DNA of 64,000 nucleotides from an uncultured delta proteobacterium (GTDB lineage Bacteria; Desulfobacterota; Desulfomonilia; UBA1062): NCBI GenBank assembly GCA_963798485.1, contig CAWCTR010000021.1, positions 160,001 to 224,000 of the forward strand, read 5' to 3'. Shown piece by piece: positions 57,294 to 64,000 of this stretch (position 1 is its first letter; each line of letters starts with the position of its first letter). The notes under the pieces were generated by a model. It saw only the letters and a program-made list of their open reading frames with translations, ran no database searches and was not told where the DNA came from. The position numbers and the translations under genes were made by a program.

Positions 57294-58147
57294 GACTGGC
57301 CTCCCTCTAGATGGCATGCCTCAATGTCCAGAGGGCTCCTGACGGAAGAGAGTCCGGTGCGCGTAAGATGCAGGTAACGCGCGGTGGTATTGATGTAGCT
57401 ATGTCCCATCAGTTCCTGGATAGTACGAAGGTTGACACCGGACTCCAGTAGGTGCGTGGCGAAGCAATGCCGCAGGGTATGAATACCCCGGCCTCCGGTG
57501 ATTCCTGCCTTTCTCCTGGCTTTGTCATAGATTCGCTGTGCAGTGGTAATGTGCATGGTGTTCTTGCGGTCACGACCAGAAAACAGCCATACTGTGGGGC
57601 GGTACATCTTCATAAAGACCTGCATCTCATCCCAAAGTCGCTGGGAGAGGATCGTGTACCGATCCTTGTTGCCTTTTGCCTGCTCAATGCGGATGGTCAT
57701 GCGCGATCCGTCGATATGCTTCGGCTTCAAGCGCACCACTTCGCTGACTCGCAAGCCTGCTGAGTAAGTCGTCATGAGCAGGAGGCGATGCTTGGGGTTG
57801 GCGGTACAGTCAAAGAGACGCTCTATGGCTTCCCTGCTCATAATCTCGGGCAACTGGGACTTGTTCTTACGGGGCGGTATGCTTAGGCGTATAGATTCAT
57901 AGCCAAGAGTCTCCGAGTAGAAAAACCGGAAGGCGGACACCGCTAAGTTGCATGAGCTCCAGGCAAGCTTCCTTTCTTTCATCAGGTAAAGCAGATAATC
58001 CTGTACTTCCGTATTCGTGATCTTGTCGGGTGACCTCCCAAAATACTTCGCAAGCGCGGCAACAGCCATAACATAAGACTTCTGAGTCCGCTGTGAAAAC
58101 CTCCTGAGCTGCATCTCACGAATCATCTTCTCCCGTAGTTCCGTCAT
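57287..58147 (-). CDS. Tyrosine recombinase with SAM-like N-terminus
   Basis: GLRVSE, KGNKDR, HTLRH, LMGH, TARY; AGGAGG RBS. Confidence 0.95.
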   Translation of the reverse strand: MTELREKMIREMQLRRFSQRTQKSYVMAVAALAKYFGRSPDKITNTEVQDYLLYLMKERKLAWSSCNLAVSAFRFFYSETLGYESIRLSIPPRKNKSQLPEIMSREAIERLFDCTANPKHRLLLMTTYSAGLRVSEVVRLKPKHIDGSRMTIRIEQAKGNKDRYTILSQRLWDEMQVFMKMYRPTVWLFSGRDRKNTMHITTAQRIYDKARRKAGITGGRGIHTLRHCFATHLLESGVNLRTIQELMGHSYINTTARYLHLTRTGLSSVRSPLDIEACHLEGGQSC

Positions 58148-58297
58148 GCCATACCTCCTTGTTTTTGTGGTTTAGTGAACAGGGAGATATGATACCGTAA
58201 CTATAGATTATCGAAGGGTATTAATCGGGTGAGCTGTTGCTTAAGGACAATTTGATCAGCAAATTCAAGAGACTCCGCGACAGCGGCTTAGTTCAAC

Positions 58298-58377
58298 AAT
58301 TACTATACTGCACTTTTGCAGTATATCACCATTATTATTCGTTGCACAATTGCAGTATATCCGGATATTGAGTGCAA
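58298..58377 (-). other. attI-like leader, copy 2, with candidate cassette promoter
   Basis: Abuts GTT; GATATACTGCAA twice, ATACTGCA/TGCAGTAT inverted pair, ATATCCGGATAT palindrome; TTGTGC-18-TATACT with TGn extension pointing into the array. Confidence 0.65.
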
Positions 58378-58624
58378 GGCATTATGATGTTATAAATATA
58401 TAAATAACCGATTTACAGCTCTCGCAAATTATAAAAAAGCCCGCTCGACCGCATTACCTAAGAACGCGCATACTCCGTCCCCTAAGGGTGGATTCATGTG
58501 CGTGTCCCTGGCCCTCTTTCATGTTTCATCGTGCGGATAATCATTCTATTTCATGTTGTGGCGGCAACCATGCCGTTTGAATGGATATTAGTGGAAAGTA
58601 AAAATATAGGTCAAAGGAATCAAA

Positions 58625-58660
58625 TGAGATTGCCACGTTGTCGCCGGCACCTCGCAATGA
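58625..58660. repeat. REP-like hairpin
   Basis: GAGATTGCCACG...CTCGCAATGA imperfect palindrome downstream of the ABC operon. Confidence 0.4.
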
Positions 58661-58693
58661 ATCTGAAATAATACACTTTCACGCAACTTGGTA

Positions 58694-59815
58694 CTAGTCC
58701 AGCTTCTTATGGAATCTGCCGACAGCCCCGGCAAAGAGGACAAGCCCCAGGATCACCAGCGCGAGATACTGCGGCCAGAGGACATAGAACCCTACGCCCT
58801 TCAGAAAGATACCCCTGATGATCACGAGGAAAAAACGGAGCGGGTTTAAATATGTAAGCCACTGGACAACCACAGGCATGTTGGCAATGGGGAATATAAA
58901 GCCCGAGAGCATGAAGAAAGGCAGGATGAAAAAGAAAGTCGTCATCATAGCCTGCTGCTGGGTGGATGAGACCGTCGAGATGAAGAGGCCTACCCCCAGA
59001 GTGCTCAGGAGGAAAAGGCAGGCAGCAAAAAACAGGAGCACCAGACTGCCTGCAATAGGGATATTGAACCAGATCTTGGCGATGATAGTGACTACGATCA
59101 TTTGGACAATCGAGATCACGATGTACGGCAAGGTCTTTCCTATGATGAGTTCGGTGGCCTTTAGCGGGGTGACGATGAGCTGCTCCATGGTGCCTTGCTC
59201 CCTTTCCTTGATGACTGCTATGGATGTCAAAAGCAGAGATATAAGCATGATTACAAAGGCCACGATTCCCGGGATAAAGAAGTTTTGGCTGTCCAGATTC
59301 GGGTTATACCAAGTTCTTATCCTGGCATCCACATGACCGTAATCCATGCGCCGGCCTTTGAGTTCTCGAAGCATGTTCGTATTGAATGCATCCAGCACAA
59401 GCACGGTGTAGCCGATCCTGATGGATGCCATGTTGCTTATGCTCCCATCGACAAGGATCTCAACAGATGCGCTCTGGCCCTTCCTGATGCGGCTCCCCAT
59501 ATCAGGCGCGATCTTTATACCGATATCAACCTTACCCTTCAGGAGTAATTGTTCCAATTCTTTTTGATCCTGCGGGTAGTCTGTGATCCTGAAAATCCTG
59601 TTGCCGTAAATGGACTCAATGAATTTTCTGCTCTCACCGGTATGGGACTGGTCAATGACTGCCACCCGGATGTTCCTTATGTCATAGTTGACAACATAGC
59701 CGAAGAGAAGGAGCATGAGTATGGGGGCAATGACCAGCACGTGCCTGTTCCTCTTGTCTCTAAAGAGTACGATGAACTCCTTGCGCACGAGCTCCCTGAT
59801 GCGCAGCCAGCTCAC
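58694..59815 (-). CDS. ABC-2 permease (YbhR-like)
   Basis: KEF...RD, WYNPNL, EREQGTMEQL.VTP, LSGFIFPI.NMP. Confidence 0.92.
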   Translation of the reverse strand: MSWLRIRELVRKEFIVLFRDKRNRHVLVIAPILMLLLFGYVVNYDIRNIRVAVIDQSHTGESRKFIESIYGNRIFRITDYPQDQKELEQLLLKGKVDIGIKIAPDMGSRIRKGQSASVEILVDGSISNMASIRIGYTVLVLDAFNTNMLRELKGRRMDYGHVDARIRTWYNPNLDSQNFFIPGIVAFVIMLISLLLTSIAVIKEREQGTMEQLIVTPLKATELIIGKTLPYIVISIVQMIVVTIIAKIWFNIPIAGSLVLLFFAACLFLLSTLGVGLFISTVSSTQQQAMMTTFFFILPFFMLSGFIFPIANMPVVVQWLTYLNPLRFFLVIIRGIFLKGVGFYVLWPQYLALVILGLVLFAGAVGRFHKKLD

Positions 59816-60945
59816 AGGCCCTCCCTCTTGAGCATGAGCATATTCATTACCGTAAGGAGCATGAACATGAATGCCAGGACTGCAAAGCTCTGCCAGAGGC
59901 GGAAGAACCCGAGGTTCTTCATATAGATACCGCTCAGTATGTCTATGTAGTACGTGGCAGGGACAATGTACGTGACGAACTGGAGGACCTTGGGCATGTT
60001 CGTGATGGGGAAAACGAAATTCGATAGGAGAAACGAAGGAAGATAGGTGAGCAGGATGGCACCCTGATTTGCCAAGAGCTGTGATTTTGTAACAGTAGAT
60101 ATCAGCAGTCCAAGTGCGAGCGCTACAAAGATATAGAGCGACGAGGCCAGGATCATGAGCCAGAAGCTTGCCTTCATGACTACATTGAAAAGCACCTGGC
60201 CGAGAAATACCGATATGAGGACATCGGTGAGTGTGATGAAAAAGTAGGGGATAGCCTTTCCCAAGAGCAGTTCAATGGCATTTATGGGAAGTGATCTGAT
60301 GGTCTCCATGGTCCCGTTCTCATACTCCCTCGCAATCACGAGCGAGGTGAGTATGGCGCCTACGATCATGATTATCACGGCGATGATCCCGGGTATGATG
60401 AATTGCCTGCTCTCCAGGTCCTCGTTAAACCAGATCCTGATGCGGCCATCCACCGGCGGATTTATCTTCTCCATGCTGTTTCTACTCAAGAACTTCAAGA
60501 GGAGATTCTGATTATACCCTTCCATAAAGATATTGACATACCCCCGAGCAATGTTTGCAAAATTCGGGTCGCTTCCGTCCATGAGGATCTGGATGGGGGC
60601 TTCTTCATCGGACCTGATCTTGCGTGTGAAATCCGGAGGTATGATCACCCCCAAGGCAGCCGTACCATGGTCAAGATATTCGGTCACTTCCGCTGCATTG
60701 CGCACATACCCCTTCACCTTGAAATAGGTAGAGGCATCCAGGTGCCTAATGAGGTCGCGGCTCATGTCGGTCCGGTCATAATCCACGATAATGGTTTCCA
60801 ACTCGTTCACATCCAGGCTTAAGGCATACCCAAAGATCAGGATGAGGCACAACGGGATGATAAAGGCAAGGATAAGGCTCCTCGTGTCCCTGATGAGGTG
60901 GTAGAATTCCTTTTTCATGATAGCCATGATCTTCCGCAGGCTCAT
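59812..60945 (-). CDS. ABC-2 permease (YbhS-like)
   Basis: KEF....RD, FGYA...D, AREYENGTME, FPITNMP. Confidence 0.92.
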   Translation of the reverse strand: MSLRKIMAIMKKEFYHLIRDTRSLILAFIIPLCLILIFGYALSLDVNELETIIVDYDRTDMSRDLIRHLDASTYFKVKGYVRNAAEVTEYLDHGTAALGVIIPPDFTRKIRSDEEAPIQILMDGSDPNFANIARGYVNIFMEGYNQNLLLKFLSRNSMEKINPPVDGRIRIWFNEDLESRQFIIPGIIAVIIMIVGAILTSLVIAREYENGTMETIRSLPINAIELLLGKAIPYFFITLTDVLISVFLGQVLFNVVMKASFWLMILASSLYIFVALALGLLISTVTKSQLLANQGAILLTYLPSFLLSNFVFPITNMPKVLQFVTYIVPATYYIDILSGIYMKNLGFFRLWQSFAVLAFMFMLLTVMNMLMLKREGL

Positions 60946-61697
60946 GAGGCGCTCCTCGCCATGAGAGAGATAAAGGCGTCATTTAGGTTCGCATTGGGCT
61001 CGTTTGGACAAACCTTTTCAATGATCTCATGCGGGCTCCCTTGGGCCACGATAGTACCCAGGTTGATCATTATGATTCTTCCGCAGTTCTGCGCCTCGTC
61101 CATATAGTGCGTGGTCACAAAGACCGTGATACCCTGACCCGTAATATCCCGTATGAACTCCCAGAAATGCCTCCGGGTGATGGGGTCTACCCCTGATGTC
61201 GGTTCGTCAAGAAAGAGGATATCGGGTTTATGGAGCAGTGCGCAGCCGAGTGCGAGCCGTTGCCGCCACCCCTGTGGAAGATCTCTGGTCAGGCGGTTCT
61301 TCACCTCCTGGAGTTGGGCCATGTCGAGTATCCATTTTATGCGTTCCTTCCATTCTTCCTGAGGAACGCTGTAGAGGCCGAGGTAGAATCTGATGTTCTC
61401 GAAGGGGGTCATTTCTTCATAGAGTGAGAACTTCTGGGACATGTAACCGATTGAGTGCTTGACCTCCTCGGATTCGGTTATGATATCGTGACCTGCCACA
61501 AAGCCCTGGCCCGAGGTGGGGGTGATGATGCCGCAGAGCATACGGATGGTGGTGGATTTGCCGCTTCCATTGGAGCCCAGGAATCCAAATATTTCCCCCT
61601 TCTTGACCGAAAAGGTGATCTTGTTCACGGCAACGAAGTCGCCGAATCTTTTTTCAAGGTTTTCGACAAAGATCACATCATCGTTTGAAGGTGTCAT
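60942..61697 (-). CDS. ABC transporter ATP-binding protein
   Basis: GSNGSGKS, FLDEPTSGVDP, TTHYMDEA. Confidence 0.94.
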   Translation of the reverse strand: MTPSNDDVIFVENLEKRFGDFVAVNKITFSVKKGEIFGFLGSNGSGKSTTIRMLCGIITPTSGQGFVAGHDIITESEEVKHSIGYMSQKFSLYEEMTPFENIRFYLGLYSVPQEEWKERIKWILDMAQLQEVKNRLTRDLPQGWRQRLALGCALLHKPDILFLDEPTSGVDPITRRHFWEFIRDITGQGITVFVTTHYMDEAQNCGRIIMINLGTIVAQGSPHEIIEKVCPNEPNANLNDAFISLMARSAS

Positions 61698-62442
61698 GGA
61701 TGAGTCCCTTGTCTACATTTAAGATGCGCTGGATCATGGCCTCTTCCAGGTTATCATATTGGGAACGGATCTCCTGGGGAGATGCAACGGCTAAGAGGTG
61801 TGACTTGTGCATGAGGCCCAGCCGGTCGCACCTCTCTCCCTCATCAAGATATGCGGTGGAGACTATGATGGTCATGCCATGATCTCGCATCTGCAGTAGG
61901 ATGTCCCAGAATTCCCGGCGAGACACCGGGTCCACCCCGTTGGTGGGCTCGTCAAGGATAAGGGCCTCCGGTTCGTGCACGAGCACGCAGGCAAGCCCGA
62001 GTTTCTGCTTCATACCCCCCGAGAGGTTTCCTGCAAGACGATCGAGATAGGGCAGCAGGTTGGAAAACCCCAGATATTTCTCCTTTCTCAGCCTTCTTTC
62101 CTTGCCTCGAACTCCGAAGATGTCCATGAAGAAATCCATGTTTTCCTCAACGGTAAGGTCCTGGTAGAGCCCGAAGCGTTGGGGCATGTATCCGATGAGT
62201 GGTTTGACCTTCCACCTCTGGCCCGCCACGTCGATGCCCCCCACAAAGATATGTCCGGATGTGGGTTTGATCATGGTGGCGATCATCCTAAGCAGGGTCG
62301 ACTTGCCGGCCCCGTCGGAGCCCACGAGTCCGAAGATGGTCCCTTTTTCCACCTCCATGCTCACCTCCCTGACAGCCTCGGTCTGTCCGAAGCGCATGGA
62401 GACGGCATCTACCTTTATAAAACCGTTATTTGAGGTAGGCAT
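61678..62442 (-). CDS. ABC transporter ATP-binding protein
   Basis: GSDGAGKS, LSGGMKQK, LDEPTNGVDP. Confidence 0.94.
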   Translation of the reverse strand: MPTSNNGFIKVDAVSMRFGQTEAVREVSMEVEKGTIFGLVGSDGAGKSTLLRMIATMIKPTSGHIFVGGIDVAGQRWKVKPLIGYMPQRFGLYQDLTVEENMDFFMDIFGVRGKERRLRKEKYLGFSNLLPYLDRLAGNLSGGMKQKLGLACVLVHEPEALILDEPTNGVDPVSRREFWDILLQMRDHGMTIIVSTAYLDEGERCDRLGLMHKSHLLAVASPQEIRSQYDNLEEAMIQRILNVDKGLIHDTFKR

Positions 62443-63436
62443 CCGCGGGCATCCCTGTCTTCAGCTCGAATGCGGGGTTTGGGAGAGAAACCTTTACCAG
62501 ATAGACGAGCTTCACCCGCTCTTTTTTTGTCTGGATGATCTTGGGCGTGAACTCGGCCTCAGGGGATACGTAGGAAACCAGGCCTCTGAAAACCTTGTCC
62601 TTGAAGGTATCCACCTTCACCTCCACCTTTTGGCCCGGTCTGACATTGGCGATATCGGTTTCATCAACAAATATCTTCAGATCCACGCGTGAGAGGTCGG
62701 ACATGGTAAGAACCTCCCTGCCCGGGCTCACCACCTCACCGGGCTCCACATTCCTGCTCGTTATGATACCGTCATACGGCGCGATAAGCTTTGTATATCC
62801 AAGTTGAATCCTTGCCTGGTCAAGGGTGGCCTTAGCGAGATCGATCTGGGATTGGGCGGAATCTATATCCTTCTTTGTCGTGTCGATCTTTTTCAGGTTG
62901 CTCTTTGATTGCTGATAAATGGCCTCGCTTTCATTGACCTTTGAGAGTGCGTTATCAAAGCCGAGTTTTACCGTATCCCGTTCCTTCTCGGATATGACAC
63001 CCTGCTTGAACAGTTGCTGGAACCTGTCATTGTTTTTCCGGGCATCGAGCATGGTATTGCGCGCCATGGAGACATTGGCCTCGGCCCGCTTGACGTCGTC
63101 AGGAAGTGTGCTTGTATAGATAGTCAAGAGCTGTTCCAGTTCTTCTTTTGCCTTTATTGCCTTATCCAGGCCGGCCTTTGCCTGGTCGAGTTGTGCCTGA
63201 TACTCGGCCGAATCGAGTTCTGCAAGCACTTGGCCCTTTTTAACGGCCTTGCCTTCCTCGGCCTGGATAATCGTCACATGCCCTGATGCCTGGAAGGCGA
63301 GGTCGGACTGAATTGCCTCGATGGTGCCGGAGTAGTACATCCCGCCATTCCTGGCCCTTTGCTGTGCAAAGTAAACCAGGGCGCTTACCCCAACGAGAAG
63401 TACGATGAAGACAATAATGATAATCCGCTTTTTCAA
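62426..63436 (-). CDS. HlyD/YbhG-like membrane fusion protein
   Basis: N-terminal TM, SGTIE, lipoyl-like halves, AEFTPK, LKTGMPA. Confidence 0.92.
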   Translation of the reverse strand: MKKRIIIIVFIVLLVGVSALVYFAQQRARNGGMYYSGTIEAIQSDLAFQASGHVTIIQAEEGKAVKKGQVLAELDSAEYQAQLDQAKAGLDKAIKAKEELEQLLTIYTSTLPDDVKRAEANVSMARNTMLDARKNNDRFQQLFKQGVISEKERDTVKLGFDNALSKVNESEAIYQQSKSNLKKIDTTKKDIDSAQSQIDLAKATLDQARIQLGYTKLIAPYDGIITSRNVEPGEVVSPGREVLTMSDLSRVDLKIFVDETDIANVRPGQKVEVKVDTFKDKVFRGLVSYVSPEAEFTPKIIQTKKERVKLVYLVKVSLPNPAFELKTGMPADAYLK

Positions 63437-63467
63437 AATTCTTCCTCCTGTCTGGAGTTGTCAGTGA

Positions 63468-64000
63468 TCACTTTCTCATTGCATTCAGAATCAGTTTTTC
63501 TATCTCTGCAGCGATCTTACCTGAAACATTCTTGTTGAGGTCTTTCAGCTCTTCAGGTACTTGCTGTGCTGCCAGGAGGATAGGTGCAATGGTCTTGTAT
63601 ATTACCGTTGCCCCGATCGCCATGAAATGAACCAAGAGCGGCGGTGAATCAATGAACACGCCCTCAGACTTCCCTTCTTCAATTATGCCGCTCAAGGTAC
63701 GGAATATGGAAAACAGATCCTGGAAAAAAATCTCGGGCAGGTTCTGACCGCCTGAAGCCATCTCCCTCATCATCATGCGTGGAACCTGAGGGTTTTCATC
63801 AAAGGTGTTCGCAAGGGTTTTGAGGTAGGTCTTCATCTTCTCTTCAGGCGTTTTTACCCCCTTGATGCCATCTATCAGCCTTTGGGCGGCAGTCCCGATT
63901 ACCTTGTGAAATGCATCTGCATAGAGCGCCTTCTTGTCGCCGATGTGGTAATACAGTGCAGCCTTATTAACCCCTGCCCTGCGGGCTATCTCATCCACCC
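63468..64000 (-). CDS. TetR family regulator (5' end outside window)
   Basis: EIARRAGVNKAALYYH..DK. Confidence 0.9.
   Translation of the reverse strand, partial: VDEIARRAGVNKAALYYHIGDKKALYADAFHKVIGTAAQRLIDGIKGVKTPEEKMKTYLKTLANTFDENPQVPRMMMREMASGGQNLPEIFFQDLFSIFRTLSGIIEEGKSEGVFIDSPPLLVHFMAIGATVIYKTIAPILLAAQQVPEELKDLNKNVSGKIAAEIEKLILNAMRK

Larger units (their letters stand above)
55640..58297 (-). mobile_element. IS91-family element with accessory tyrosine recombinase
   Basis: Two overlapping genes; CAAC at both junctions; downstream end ...GCTATAC resembles oriIS ends; upstream end has hairpin CCGCgacaGCGG. Confidence 0.85.

Noticed and set aside
57287-58147. Integron integrase IntI
   Set aside because: No IntI-specific insertion is visible before the HxxR motif; it is co-oriented with the cassettes and coupled to a transposase rather than divergent from the leader.
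58306-58323. LexA box in the leader
   Set aside because: CTG-N8-CAG in this copy (N9 in the other), not the CTG-N10-CAG spacing.

Overview
Chromosomal DNA from an anaerobic bacterium, most likely a deltaproteobacterium/Desulfobacterota (inferred from gene content, not from a search). The left third (1-20220) is mostly housekeeping: a partial PilY1-like adhesin, hfq, ligA, rpsF-rpsR-DUF2232-rplI-dnaB, a shortened sigma-70 factor, RlmD-like methyltransferase, nadK-recN, argA, pmbA, secA and argJ. A dif-like XerCD site at 20273-20300 lies where gene orientation and KOPS-like polarity flip, so the window probably spans the replication terminus. The rest is accessory: redox genes (hemerythrins, AOR-MoaD-ThiF), several frameshifted or truncated genes, a MazEF-type toxin-antitoxin pair, a complete N-ATPase operon, a 2-hydroxyacyl-CoA dehydratase pair and a TetR-HlyD-ABC-2 efflux operon. 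The most unusual structure is a pair of ~80-bp attI-like leaders in inverted orientation 26 kb apart (32364-32443, 58298-58377). Each heads a run of small genes with intact or eroded attC sites, and no integron integrase lies next to either. A two-gene element (tyrosine recombinase + IS91-family HUH transposase, 55640-58297) is inserted exactly at the GTT of the better-preserved leader; its two ends, once joined, would fold into a long attC-like hairpin. All calls come from reading motifs by eye; no database searches were run.
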